Positions 22,051-36,330 of a DNA stretch of 64,000 nucleotides are shown piece by piece; positions within the stretch are counted from its first letter, which is position 1, and each line of letters begins with the position of its first letter. The stretch is from Anolis carolinensis (lineage: Eukaryota), in the NCBI RefSeq assembly GCF_035594765.1, contig NC_085841.1:14615636-14679635 (forward strand). Reading direction: 5' to 3'. Under the pieces are notes generated by a model. It ran no database searches, was not told where the DNA came from, and saw only the letters and a program-made list of their open reading frames with translations. Position numbers and translations under genes: made by a program.

Positions 22051-23639
22051 TGCAATTCAACAAAGTAAAAAGTATTTTAAAGATTCAATAGATATATTAT
22101 GGCAGAAGTTTCTGTAGAAGCTTATCCAATAATAAATTGTACAAGGCTCATAGTTTGGAGTGAAGGGAAGGACAAATATGTCTAATCTGCTTTCTACAGA
22201 TTTTATATATTTTGAGTACAGGTTCCTCTTGACTTGTTTCTGTGTTCATTGTCTCTTTTTAAAAAGTCCACCTGATGATGTATTTATACATACATGAAAA
22301 AGTCGTTTGTGTTTTCATATTCTGTTTTCTCTGATAGGTGTATTATTGCAAGTCACCTTTTAAATAAGGGTGAGGTTTTAAACATATTTTTTTCCTTACG
22401 TATATGTCATTTTGTATGCATTTTTGTACAGGTTTTATTCTAAAATATACATTTTGCACACTTTTAAAGATAATTGTGGGACTTTGCAAGTATTTCTTGC
22501 CAAAGAAAACCCCTTTGAAAATTATGGGATTGCCATAAGCTGGCAGGTGACTGAAACGCCCATACACAGACACAATATGACCATTGCACAAAGCTCAGCT
22601 CCCCAAGCACTCCAAAACATCAGAAGACCTTGTGTGTTGAGCATAACATTCTGAGGAAGGTTTTATAATTGCAGTCAGCTGAATGTGGTTATAGAGCTCC
22701 TATGACTGGAAAAGACAGGATAGAGAATAAAACAGAAAGATATCACAAAATGTACAAAAACAAGGAAATGAAAACGGGCTATAAGGAATTAGTTGAACAG
22801 AAACTTTGGCAGCAAGCAAAAGGAGATAAAATCCAGTGATTTTTCAGTACTCACCAAAATGTATGTGTGTATATGGATGCTGTCTACTAGTGATAAATAA
22901 TGGAATAACACTAAGGGGAAAGTTAGACACTAATGAGAGGTATAATTATAAAAGAAAATGTACCAGAGAGATTAAAGAAAACTTATCTTCAAGAGAAGAT
23001 AAAGAAGATCCAGCTCTGTAAAAAGCATTGAACATTATAAAAATGTGTTGTTGTTTTTAAAATCTTGCCATGTAAGAAAGTCACATCAGTTGAACTTAAC
23101 AACACATGGATTTCAGTGAGCTTAATTAAACCAAAGCAGCAATGCTTTTATGTGAATGCTCTGTATTATAAGAAAGTCAGAGCACTCTTTGCTCTGCTGC
23201 CGATTATATATACCCAGGACTGAGCTGAAGAACATCAATAAACAATCATAGCTCTCATTGGCAGTTTTGTCTATTTTCATCATAATGTTGGTTTGTATTT
23301 TTTCTGTTTGTTCTTTGTCTACAAAGTGTTCTATAGATAATGTACAAATAGATATTTTGACTTCTTTGATTCTTACAAAAGGTAAATATCCATAGAAACC
23401 ATGGGGAAATTAGAATGCTGAAAGGAAAGATCAGGCATTGTGTCTACTTAAGATCAGAAAATGGTGACCTATATGGAGTCACATGACTCAACTACATTGT
23501 GCCAATGTTTTCAGCAGTATTTTTTAATTCATGCTGTGGTGCACTGTGGCTTTTGAGTGAAGTTCTTGACATGTGTTATTTGGGTACATGTATGTTTGAC
23601 AAAGCAGCCCAAAGGCTAAAAAGAGGACAAATAGAACAA

Positions 23640-25050
23640 GTACGAAGCAATGACAGGACAGCAGTATCAAATAATCAGCTAGGGAGAATGTCCCATGGGC
23701 TTAGATGTCTCTACACTAATGCACAAAAAATGGGAAATAAACAAGATGAACTGGAACTCTTAGCACAATAAAACAGTTGTGATGTAATAAGCATCACTGA
23801 AACCTGGTGGGATGAGTCCTATAATTGGACTGTAGTAACGGAGGGGTATAACCTATTTCAGAGAAATAGACCAAACAGGAAAGAGGTTGGAATAGCATTA
23901 TGTGTCAAAAAATTTATGCTGAGGATCCGGTCAATGGAGTGGAAGTGGTGGGATCATTAGGGGGGAGTGAACATATGTTTCAAGAGTTTGTGATACAAAG
24001 GAAGAGTGAAACCAAGAGAAGTCAAATATACATTCTAGACTTTAGGAGAGCTGATTTAAGGAAATTTAAGGAAATATTGAGCATGATTCCATGGACAGGA
24101 ATACTAAAAGAGAAGGGAGTTAATGATGAATGGGAATTTCTTAAAAGCGAGATACTGAAGGCACCATTGCAAATGGTGCCAGCAAGGAGAAAAAAATAGA
24201 AGTGTAAAACAACCAGAATGGATGTCCAAAGAACTTTTAACTGAGCTAAGATTTAAAAGAGACATGCACAAGAAATGGAAAAGGGAGGAAATCACCAAAG
24301 AGGAATTCAAACATACGTAGGGAAAAGGTTCATAAGGCTAAGGCACAAAATGAACTCAGGCTTGCCAAAGAGATTAAAAAAAATAAAAAGGGGGTCTTTG
24401 GTTATGTCAGTAGAAAAAGGAAGAAAAAGGAAACATTAGGGCCTCTGTGTGGAAAGGGTGATGAAATGCTAACAGGTGATAAAGTAAAGGCAGAGCTGCT
24501 TAACATCTTCTTTGCCTCAGTCTTCTCCCAAAAAGTGATTGGTGTTTAACCTGAGCAATACGGAGCAGACAAGGTAATAGGGGAAATGCAACCCAAAATA
24601 AGTAAAGAAGTGGTCTAGGAACACCTGGCTACTCAAGTCAACAGGGCCAGATGAACTACATCCAAGGGTATTGAAGGAACTAACAGAAATAATTTCAGAA
24701 TTACTGGCAACAAACTTTGAGAATTCTTGATGAACAAGAGAAGTTCCAGTAGACAGGAGGAGGGCAATTGTAGTCTCTATCTTCAAGAAGGGAAAAAAGA
24801 GGACTCAAACAATTATCATCCAGTCAGCTAGACATCAATAGTAGGAAATATTCTCGATCAGACCAGGTGGCAGTCTGTAATCTTTTAGAAAAGAATCCTT
24901 TGATTACTGACAGTCAACATGAATTTCTGAAAAATAGGTTACAAGTTTGGTAGATTCAAGGAATGCTGTGGATGTAGCATATCTTGATTTCAGTAAGGTC
25001 TTTGACAAAGTCCCCTATGACCTTCTTGCAAATAAACTAGTAAAATGTGG
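23640..25050 (+). mobile_element. CR1 LINE ORF2 (endonuclease to RT), degraded and internally deleted
   Basis: HGLRCLYTNAQKMGNKQDELELL, ITETWWD, LGGSEH, LDFRRAD, VDVAYLDFSKVFDKVP; many stops. Confidence 0.92.
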
Positions 25051-27233
25051 AAGCCTCCCATGTTGCCACCATGGCAGCATGCTCCAGTTTGCCTTCCCTT
25101 TCACCACGCAAGCCCACCAGAAGTTTCATTGTATCATTGGATTTAGTGAACCGGTGCATGCTGCTGATGACACACCATCTGATGAGCTCATATGTCTACA
25201 GCTGTAATGTGCTGGATTGAACCCAGAGGGTGGAATCCTGTTGATATCCTACTCATGTGCATGTTGCTCTAAAGAAGTAATAAGATTTATTATTATATTC
25301 AGAACATCCACATTCAGTTCCAGGTTATGGAAGTAGAGTTCATGCAAATGTGCAATAATATAAATGGATGCATAATATCTGGGTATATTTAGCTGTACAA
25401 TATTGCCATTCAAAGGTTAGGCAGTACAATCAGTATGTAACACCACATTCAGAAATGTATACTAGACAATTCCCATCTCAGTCAGAAATATCAAGAACAC
25501 TGGCAGTGATATAGGAGTCATGCCTATCTGACTTTGTTGCTTGATGTATTCCATCTCTGTCCCAGCTTGTCACTTCCTTGAGAAAGTTTATGCATTTGTT
25601 GATTTTTAGGTTTTCCTCTTTCTTCTTTTTAAAGTTTTTATCTTGCTGCTGCAACTAAAATCAAATTTTATTCTGAATTTACTTCTGGATAGCAAGAATA
25701 ACTTTACTGCTGCCAGCATAATATCACCCCTAGGCCTATCTTAGCTAGCTGGGACTAGGCACAGGACAAAATAAATTTTCTTGCCAAATAGTACTCCAAT
25801 TAATGCACAAGTATTGCACTTGATAATGACTCTGTGCATGTTTGGCATGTGTAAGAGAAATCCACAGCTAAAGCCTCTGAGAGATCGGCATCTAGTTTTC
25901 GTTTATTAAGTTGCCAACAAAATATATTTTGCCATCTCCTTAGATAGTCTATTCCACTAAAAAAAACTCTTATGACATTTACAGCATGTGAGCTCCAATC
26001 TCATAGAGTTCCTGCAATGGATGATAGTGTTTTCCCATCATGACAATAGGCAATTCCACACAGCCACTGGCATCTTGTGATTCTGACATCTCAGCAGTGT
26101 AAAGTGTGTTTCCTGGTGAACTGTATAATTCCACCTTCCCTGATTTGCCTTTATTTTCTTTGTAAGGCATGCTATAAAGAATGAAATAAAAATGATTTTC
26201 CTCAAGGGAGAAGAGAAAGGCCACAGACACCAGGGGACTTTGGACTTAATTGCAAGGAGGTAAATCCCAGAACAGGGGCTTTGCCGATCACTAGCCTTTG
26301 ATGACTTTATTTTATTGGACTGGCAACAGTTATTGCATGATGTCATGCGATAGGATCTGTCACCAAAGACGGTAGCTTTGCTAAGGTGCCAGTTTACCAC
26401 CTCTGTCTGACTAAAGTCTTATCTGTCAGAAAATTCTTCCTAATGCTGAGTTGGGATTTTCTTTCCCGTATTATAAGTTAATTTGTTCATGCTCTTCCAT
26501 CTGCAACAGAAGAAAACATGCATATTTCATCTTTCATGGGATGTTCTTTCAACTATCTGAAAATGGCTAAGAATTTGAAAGGAGGACTTTGTTTGTAAAA
26601 AAGACAGATAATGTGAAAGTTGCACATCAGGGAAGATTTCTGTCATCAGCTCAGCTGAAGTGTTTTGGAATCACCAAGCAATTCCCAGACCCCATACAAA
26701 CAGGTGCCAGCTTTGATATGTGGTGTTTTCTAACTTTGGTGGCCTCCTGCTGCTGTTAATTGGCCAGTTCCCAAGGCAGCAATTTCCTAGCATGAGAGCC
26801 CATCACTGAGCGTATTTATTCATGTGAGGACAATTTTACAGAACATCTAACTGTGAGCTGGAACACCAACTGTTGGGCTTCACTGAAGTGTGCAGCCCTC
26901 ATCTGTGCTTTATTAAGTTTTTATCTGGGTGTGTTTCATTAACTCTTATGAAACTGTATAGCTCCTAAACTCCATTTTGGAGGAATAAATATAGAGCTCT
27001 TATTCCTTACCTAGAGATAATTTATCGTTGATAGAGGCATCCAAGAAGCTCTAGAAAATGGAATCAATTTGGAACCCCCAGACACTGAGATAAGAAAAAC
27101 GAATTTCCCCCAACCTTCATTTTATTACTGGAGGCAAGAGAGGAGAGATTTTCAACAGGGGGAAATGTACAGTATAGAATAGGAAAAATAGAACTGTCAA
27201 TGGCAGATACAGACCTTTTGTGAGATTCTAGAG

Positions 27234-27365
27234 CAGTGGTTCTCAACCTGGTCTCCAGATGTTTTGGCCTTCAACTCCCAGAATTCCTAACAGCTGGTAA
27301 ACTGGCTGGGATTTCTGGGAGTTGTAGGCCAAAACACCTGGGGACCCACAGGTTGAGAACCACTG
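27234..27365. mobile_element. URR1-like hAT MITE (132 bp)
   Basis: Perfect TIR CAGTGGTTCTCAACCTG / CAGGTTGAGAACCACTG; perfect 8-bp TSD TTCTAGAG. Confidence 0.92.
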
Positions 27366-30300
27366 TTCTAGAGTCTAGAACAGGGATGAGCCATTTTGGT
27401 GGTGTTATGAAATACTTTTAAATAACTTTAAAACATGGGTTCTTTTATTGCAGTTTCAGTGTGAGAGGTGTATCAAAACTTTTACAGAACAACAAAGAAC
27501 AACATTAGACATACAGACATATAGGCTCATACAGATTCTATGCAACTACTACATTGGATTTACAAACAACCTATTACATTGGCTAAGAAACAAACAAAGG
27601 GGGGGTTACATTTTCACTCAGCATTCACACACAACATGCATCCATTTTCATGCATATCAAATATTACCATATCTTTTCTCCCTCCTTGGAGAAGCACCTA
27701 CTTAGGCTGGATGCAGCTTCCACTGCAGCCTGCCAACACATCAATATTTCCAGAACTCCAAAACTTCAAAACTTCAAGAAGAACATCTCTAAAACGCACT
27801 CCTTTCTCTTCCCATGAGAAAAGGAGGCACCAAAAGTGACTAGAATCCTGCTTTCCCATAGCAGATCTGACACATACACTATCTCTCTCCTTCCCAATAG
27901 AGCACAGCATAGCGGGTGAACAGCTGTCACAATTTCTGGACTGTCATAAGGTTACTTATATAGCAATATTATGCTGATGTTGTCCCAAGGTTCTAAATGA
28001 TGATAGATGTCTTCCATCCTGGCTCCATCTCAGTTTCCTGGACCGGATGTTGATTCTTCTTGATTCGTGTTAGCAAACACAAGCAGCTCTGTGTTGACTT
28101 CCTCCTTAACAGTTGTAAACATTTCGCTTAACTTGATGTTAACATTTCTCTTATCAATCACAGTTCTTATCATTGTTTACCAGACAGGTTTTTTCAGGTT
28201 TTTTGTTTTATAAAATAAATATTTTATTTTATAAAACTATTTCTGGTTTTAATTACAATTCAGCAAGCAGATAGTTAATCATTGTAGGCCTTAGTCTACA
28301 GACTGGTGTCTCCAAAATTACTAGCTCACATTCATTCATCTTCCATTCATACCCACATATCATATATTCATATTTTGTTACAGTGGTCCTGGGGAAGGTG
28401 GATTTCTTATCTCTAGAATTTATCATAACTCCATGGAGAGATGTGCAAGCTAAGGCTGGAAATACATTGATGTCAGGCAGCTGTGCAGGATCGGGGTGGG
28501 GGGGAGGGGGGTAGAAAAGAAGAGGAACACAGCGGAACCAGGGAGAGGAAGAAAGGAAGGCAGAAGCCTATACATCTTTACTTTGATGAGGATGCAGAAA
28601 AACCACCGAATTCACAGGAAGCATATCTTGTCTGCGATAAAGTTTTTTTAAGAATATGAAGAAACTTCTTCAGATTTCTGCACTATTGCCAGTGTCAACA
28701 GCTACAAATGAAAGGTCATTGTCAACTCTTAAATGTTTGAAAACATACATAAGCACAATGGGCAAGAAAAACTAACTGAACTTGCACTCTTGAGTGTCCA
28801 CCAAAGTTTGTTGATGGAGCCTGATTTCTGTCCAAGTGTATTGACACAGTTTTCAAGTGTTTTCAACAGGTGTTATGATATTTGAAACCACTAAATTACC
28901 AATTAAGAGTCATTTTTAGGGGGGGGGGGTTAGCCTTAAAACGTAGCTAAAATAGACATTTGATTTAATTGAGTCTATTCTATATAAAATTATAGAATGA
29001 GACATAGAATTTAAATTATGTTGTGTTATAGAACTACTCTTCATGATTGATTAAAAAAATGTTTCAATCTCCCCATTTTTTCTGGCTACAGGCCTGCATA
29101 GATGTGGAGAAATTGGAATGATTAGATCTACATAGGGTTGGATCCAGGGTTTTATTCTTTCTGAGAAAGTGTCCCTGGGGGAATTCAGCTCAGAAGGCTC
29201 CACTGGTGAAAAAGAGGACAGGCAGTTTATGCTGATTCTTTGTCATTCACCAGCTCCCAGTACTGAAAACTGTTATGCTCTGGGAGCTCTGTAATTCCCC
29301 AGAGCAGATTTTCTAAAGATTTAGGAGGCTGTGAAGGGAAAGCAGTAATTCAGAAATTAACACCTTCTTCTATATTCAGCCACTCAGTGGACATTAAATG
29401 CTTCCACTAAGTGACTGTGGGGGGCATTTGCAGAGTCTAGTGCATAATCTTGCACAGAATATGGAAGTAACTAATTACAAAGAGGTTGCTTGTATTTAAT
29501 TACTTTCCCCAATAATCAAGGTGCAACTAAGTTACATTGTAGGTGTATCTTAACACGGATAGTCAAACTCATCCTGTACACTACTGGTCCAAGTGCTGGT
29601 TCGTGCTAGTGTAATGTGTTCTGTTGTGAGCACTTATAGACAAAAGGTGAGTGAGTGATTTGTAACATTCAGATCTACTTCTAAAGTAGCTAAAAGTAAC
29701 TTTAACTGTTTTTAAGTTTTTTTAAAAAAAGTTTTTGAACATTACTGAAAAGCTACTTTAATAGCAACTAACTAACTACTTTGAAGGAGTGGGTTGATGA
29801 ATGTAATAAAGTATTTTTTAAAAGTAGCTTCCAAGGTTGTGATTAGTTCACAATCTAATGTGATTAGTTAAGTAGCACTGAGGTATTACTCTATTCATGG
29901 AGTTATCACCTTTATGATTATGTGCTTTATCTATGGTTAGTGATTCAGTAGCAGTGAGGCATTACTCTATTTATGAACATATCTCTGATTAGTTTGGTGG
30001 TAACCTATGTGATTAAACTATGAGCTTTATCAGAGTCTATAATCATGTAAAGAGTTCTTCCTTTGTCAAAACCATAGCCATAGACTCATCGAATCATAGA
30101 ACTGGAATCATAGAACTGGAAAGGAAAGGAATGGTCATCAAATACTTGTGGTGAACAAACATACAGGTTAAGTATTGCTTATTCTAAATGCTTGGAACCA
30201 GCGTTTTGGATAAGTGATACTCAGCCTATATGTTCGTCCATGTTTGGGACAAGCATTTATTTTGGATTTTCAACTAATTGTATTTGCATATATGCATATA

Positions 30301-30499
30301 ATTAGATATTATGAGATGGGACTCTAAACATTAAATGCATTTATGTTTCATATACAACTTTTACACATCACCTGAAGGTAATTTTATAAAATATTTTAAA
30401 TAATGCTTGTGCATTGAAAATTATTTAAAATATTAGAAAGCAAAGGTTTCACTATCTTACTCGCCCATGTGAACAATTTCAGATTGCAAAATTCTATAA

Positions 30500-30770
30500 A
30501 AAATCATTCTAAAAATGGCCATCCAACACCTGTTTTGAAGACCTCCAAAAAAAGGCAGTGCATCACTCTCTGTGGCAATATATTTCTCTGATGAACAGGC
30601 AATCTCTTTCTTGAAATTTGAAGTTTGAATACACTGGTTAGTGTTCTAGTTGCTGGAGAGGCAGAAAATAAGCTTGCTTCTTCTTCCACTTGACAACCCC
30701 TCAAAAACTTAAGATGCCTATTATGTCACCTTCAATCTTCTCTTTCGATGCTAAACATACACATCTCCTC
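30500..30770 (-). mobile_element. Old CR1 3' fragment
   Basis: Minus-strand translation RGCQVEEEASLFSA...FKLQ...LPQRVM resembles the CR1 ORF2 C-terminus. Confidence 0.65.
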
Positions 30771-31496
30771 AGGAGCATTGATATTAATGCACAACAGGCT
30801 CCAATGTGCATTGGACATTCCTGTTAGTGTCTCAAAATGCATATTCAGAATCCACAAACAGGGTTTCTTATTGCAAGTGCTACTTAGCTAAGTATATGTA
30901 AAATTTCATGATTTAGGATTATGGTGCTTATTCTCAAATGTTCTTATTCTTACTTTAAAAAGTTCATAAACCATGTCCAAAAGGCAAAACAAAACAAAAC
31001 AAAACAGCATCTGTGCCTTCCCCCTTCACTTGCAGACATTGCAGAAAGTTCACAAAGGAGTGTTTCTTTTTCACAAAGCAGTGGCAAAATTCAGATAAGT
31101 AGAGGTTCTGAAACATTCTTAAAGTAGATCATTTGATATTATATATTATGATAGTGTTGGATCCACATCCTTCTACTGGATCATGTGGTTGGTTAGTTTC
31201 TGAACAGAATAGTGAACCAGATGGTTCTATGGTCTGATCTAGCATGGCTCTACTTTGTACATTTTGAGCATCTCTGCACTGCACAGTAATATCAGTTCTA
31301 TACCACTCCAATGGTCATGGCTCAATCTTAAGGAGTCTTTAAATTTGTAGTTTGGTAAGACCTTTAGACTTATACAATGCAGTTCAATGCAGGCCTACCC
31401 ATTCCATTTTAGCTATGACTTTTTTGTGTTTAAACTTGTGTCTTGTGTATTCCCATGTATTTTATTATATGCTTTTATGGTTGCATTTTAACTATG

Positions 31497-32182
31497 TTTT
31501 TTTTATTGAAGTATCAAGTTAATATACAGTGAAAGTGTGGGAATGATAACATAATAGGAAAGATGGGTGAAAAAGAATAAAGGGGTGTNNNNNNNNNNNN
31601 NNNNNNNNNNNNNNNNNNNNNNNNNNNNNNNNNNNNNNNNNNNNNNNNNNNNNNNNNNNNNNNNNNNNNNNNNNNNNNNNNNNNNNNNNNNNNNNNNNNN
31701 NNNNNNNNNNNNNNNNNNNNNNNNNNNNNNNNNNNNNNNNNNNNNNNNNNNNNNNNNNNNNNNCGGTTTGGTCTTCTTCCTCTTTCCTCTAAAATTATTT
31801 ATTGTCTTTCTGACCCTAGTGCTTCTCTAGTCTCTTAATTCTTTGTTCTTCTAAAATATTTTTCTACCGGTTCCCAGTTGGTTTGTTTTATAGGGTTTAC
31901 AGGCTTTCCCGAGTTCTTTTTCAGAAAAAAAGTCAATTGGTCCATGTCTTTAACTTCCCTTACTTTATTTCTCCAATGGTCCAACTCTGGTATTTCTTGT
32001 AATTTCCAGGTTTTTGCATAGACGATCCTTGCAGCCGTCATCAAATACATAAATAAAATGCCCTCATTTTTTGTCAAAGTCAGAACCTTATCTAGTAGAC
32101 CTAAAAGGTAGTATTCTGGTTTTTTTGGGAATGTTCTTTAGAATATATTTTGAATCTCTTCATGAATCCTCGTCCAATAGCT
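31497..32182 (-). mobile_element. L1-clade LINE 3' fragment spanning the N gap
   Basis: ORF 31835-32077 (YLMTAARIVYAKTWKLQEIP..W..K..MDQLT..W) resembles the lizard/fish L1 ORF2 C-terminus; T-tract at 31497 would be the minus-strand poly(A). Confidence 0.75.
31589..31763. other. Assembly gap (N run)
   Basis: Run of n. Confidence 1.
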
Positions 32183-32236
32183 AGTGGTTTTCTTACATGT
32201 TTTAACATGTGATTTTATAGCTGTACAGATGTATAC

Positions 32237-33810
32237 CAGGGTTGCCAGAGACATAAAAAACAATAAAAAGGCCTTCTTGGCTTACGTCAGTAGAAAAAGG
32301 AAGAACAAGGAGGCGAAAGGGCATCTGCAAGGAGAAGATGGGGTAATGCTGACAAGGGATAGGGAAAAGGCAGAACTACTTAATGCCTTCTTTGCCACAA
32401 GAAGAAAGCCATCCTCAACCTCAGCAACATGTAGTGGATGAAGGATTAGGGGAAATCCAACCCCAAATAGGGAAAAAAGTCACCCAGGAATACCTGGTTG
32501 TGCTAAACGAATTCAAGTCCCCAGGGCCAGCTCAACTACATCAAAGAGTATTGAAGGAAGTAGTGGAATTTATGTCAGAACTACTGGCAATCATCTTTGA
32601 GAGTTCATGGAGAACGGGAGAAGTCCCAGAAGATTGGAGGAGGGCGAATATGGTCCCTATCTTCAAGAAGGGAAAAAAAGACAATGCAAACAATTACCGT
32701 CTGGTCAGCCTCATGTCGATGCCAGGCAAGATTCTGGAAAAGATCGTTAAGGAAGTGGTCTACAAACACTTAGAAACAAATGTGGTCAGTGAACACGGAT
32801 TTACCAAAAACAAGTAATGCCAGACTAATCTGATCTCTTTTTTGATAGAGTTACAAGCTGGGAAGATGCAGGGAATGCTGTGGATGTAGCTTATCTGGAT
32901 TTCAGTAATGCCTTCGACAAGGTCTCCCATGACCTTCTGGCAAACAAACTAGTAAAATGTGGGCTAGGCAGAACTATGGTTAGGTGGATCTGTAATTGGC
33001 TAAGCAAATGAACCCAAAGGGTGCTCACCAATATGTCTTCGTCATCTGGAGCGAAGTGACAAGTGGAGTGCCTCAGGGCTTTGTTCTGGGCCCGGTTCTG
33101 TTCAACATATTTATTAATGACTTAGATGCAGGTGGCACCAAATTGGGAGGGATAGCTAATACTCCAAAAACACAATTCAAAATGAAAATACTCCACTTCG
33201 GCAGAATGAATGCAAAGGTACAGAATAGGGGACGCCTGGCTCGAAAGCAGTACGTGTGAAAAAGACCTTGGAGTCCTCATGGATGACAAGTTAAACATGA
33301 CCCAACAATATGATGCGGCGGCAAAAAAAGCCAATGGGATTTTGGCCTGCATAAATAGGAGTATAGTGTCTAAATCCAGGGAGGTCATGCTACCCCTCTA
33401 TTTTGCCTTGGTCAGACCACACCTGGAATCACACTGTGTCCAATTCGGGGCATCGCAATTGAAGAGAGATGTTGACAAGCTGGAAAGTGTCCAGAGGAGA
33501 ATGACTAAAATGATAAGAGGTCTGGAGAACAAGCCCCATGAGGAGCGGTTTAAAGAGCTGGGTATGTTTAGCCTGCAGAAGAGAAGGCTGAGAGGAGACA
33601 TGATAGTCAAACTTTTTCACTGTGAGGGCTGTTCGACAGTGGAACTCTCTGCCCCGGACTGTGGTGGACGCTCCTTCTTTGGAGGCTTTTAAGCAGAGGC
33701 TGGATGGCCATCTGTCGGGGATGCTTTGAAAGCGATTTTCCTGCTTCTTGGCACAATGGGATTGGACTGGATGGCCCATGAGGTCTCTTCCAATTCTATG
33801 ATTTTATGAT
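32237..33810 (+). mobile_element. CR1 LINE, 5'-truncated, RT region to 3' end, with internal deletions
   Basis: [62 protein letters not shown]; 3' tail ATTCTATGATTTTATGAT. Confidence 0.95.
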
Positions 33811-33860
33811 TATTCCTCGAACTGGAAGGAGAGGAGGGTAAAAATAAAATTGTTGTTGTT

Positions 33861-33893
<33 letters not shown>

Positions 33894-35102
33894 ACCTACC
33901 CTGGTTTCAATATGATTGATTAATTTGTATGTTTGTATTATTCATTGTTTTAAAATAGCATTTTTTTAGCTTGGGCCCCATGTGGTTCAGAGGGCTGAAT
34001 AAAAATTAAATAAACCAAATCCACAACTGAATGAATAATGACTCTACATGCGTAAATCTATTACTCCATCCTTAAACTGAATGTGGATATTATGTATCTG
34101 TCGTAAAATGTCCAGTCACCTTCACAGGACAACATACACATGATACCAGTTTCAAATTACATTACATGGCAGTGTAGATGGTGCCTGAGTTAACTGTATA
34201 ATGCAGATATACACTTAGGATAGCTACTACCAAGAATCTTGAAATTTCTCAAAGTTTAACTGTGTTGAAACCATAGTCTAAATTCTGTTTTCCCCCTCTT
34301 TCTCAAATTTATCAGTAACATCCAAGAAGCACATAAAGGTTACCTGTGAATTAGATTGGAAATGAAAGAACAAAGCTGCACAACAGTTCCCCTCAATAAG
34401 ATGCAATAATAAATAAAACAGTGCACCATGGGAAGATGAAAAGGTGAGGGCATAAAACTGCAAAGGCTGGGGAACAGAAGCGAGATGTTCCCTGATGAAT
34501 TGATTTTGGAGGTGTTTAATTTAGACTAGCTCTTTAGAAGCACCTCATATTTCTGTCTTGCATCGCTATTTGTAAAAAAGACCGCACATCTCAAAAAGCA
34601 GTAGATGTCTGTAATCAATCTGGCTGGCCTAGGTAACATCGCTTCAACATAGCAAAAGCAGAACCTAATTAACATTTATTTATTGCTAGCATTTCAGCTC
34701 CCTAGCAAGGCTTTGAGAGATCTGATCCCCAAACTGATTGAACACTTGCATATTTCCAGCTAAAGCTGGGCTCTGCTTTTTATTTCCTTTATTCTTTGTG
34801 TAGCTTTTGTTATTTCACATTTGAGGCATTGCAAGACAGTCACTGGACTTCTAGTAAAGTCTCTATTAGGACTCCTTTGGGACTGGAACTGGGACAATTG
34901 TTGTTGCTGTAGAAACCAAACTCTTATATTCTCCCCTCCTTCCAAAGACAACCTAGGAATAGATGCTGCACTTAGCTCAGTGGTTCCTATCCTGTGGGTC
35001 CCCAGGTGTTTTGGCCTACAACTCCCAGAAATCCCAACCAGTTTACCAGCTGTTAGAATTTCTGGCATCGGTTAAAAGAACATATAAAACAAATTCATAT
35101 TT

Positions 35103-36330
35103 TATGTATGTATGCATGTATGTATGTATGTATGTATTTACAGTATTTATATTCTGCCCTTCTCACCCCGAAGGGGGCTCAGGGTCAGAGGAGGTCCAAC
35201 CATAAGGCGAAATAGGCATTTGCCTGTGGCGCCATCGTCCCGGGGGCACCATCGTCCTGGGAGGAGGGCACCACTCTCCACCTCCTTCTCTTTCGGGCCT
35301 TCCAGCGGCCGCGCTGGGCCTTCCGGCCAGCGCAGACCCACTTTCGCACCACGCAAGCCCACCTTTGGGGCCTTCAGAGATTGTGAGGTCTGTAGGAACT
35401 TGGAAGCTAGGTATGTGGGGTTTATATATCTGTAGAAGGTCCAGGGTGGGAGAAAGAACTTTTCTTTGAAGCAGGTGTGAATGTTGTAATTAATCACCTT
35501 GATTAGCATTTAATGGCCCTGTGGCTTCAAGGCCTGGCTTCTTCTTGCCTGGGAGAATCTTTTTTTGGGAGGAGTTAGCTGTCCCTGATTGTTTACTGTC
35601 TGGATTTCTTCTGTTTTCAGAGTGTTGTTCTTTATTTATTGTCCTGATTTTAGGGTTTTTTTTTTTTAATACTGAGGGCTATCTGGGTTATCTAAGTCCA
35701 CACTGCCCTATATCCCTGTTCAATGTTTAGTGCTAAATTTGCAAATATAGTAATTCCTACATAACATTACCATGTATCGAACTGCTTTTTCTATTGATTT
35801 GTTGTAAAACATGATGTTTTGGTGCTTAATTTTTAAAATCATAATGTAATTTGATGTTTTATAGGCTTTTCCTTTATACTTCCTTATTATCCAACATTTT
35901 CGCTTATCTAACGCTTTTATTTTTCAGTGATTGGTTTGGGGGGGCGCCAAAATTCTGTTCGCCTACACTTGAAAAATACCTAGGGCCGGCTCTGCTCAGG
36001 GTGGATCACAATGTACATATATATGGCAAACATTCAATGCCATCAGACATACGACACACACAGACAGAAACAGAGAGGCAATTTAACATTCCCAGCTTCT
36101 GGCTTTATGAGGGTATGCTCAATTCCGGCCAAAGGGGGAGCTGCTGCTGCTTCATCATCCACTGTGACGCTGAGTCCTTGATGGAGTACTTCCTCATCTT
36201 ATGGCATGCACGCTGCTGGACATTTTTATGGTGACATAAATTAGTTAAATTAGCCTCCTCGCATAAGTGGTCCCTAAATTTCCTACTTGACAGATGCAAC
36301 TATCTTTCGGATTGCTTAGATAAACAACCC
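35103..36330 (-). mobile_element. Anolis-SINE2-like SINE interrupted by a hAT element
   Basis: Tail 35103-35185 and body 35995-36330 are the reverse complement of the 39262-39753 SINE. Confidence 0.8.
35186..35994. mobile_element. Non-autonomous composite hAT element (809 bp)
   Basis: Perfect 8-bp TSD CTCAGGGT (35178-35185 / 35995-36002); ends CAGAGGAGGTCC / GGGCCGGCTCTG. Confidence 0.85.

Noticed and set aside
27400-28190. Possible old LTR plus a short minus-strand ORF (MIRTVIDKRNVNIKLSEMF...) resembling an ERV env tail
   Set aside because: No PPT, TSD or recognisable motif; needs a database search
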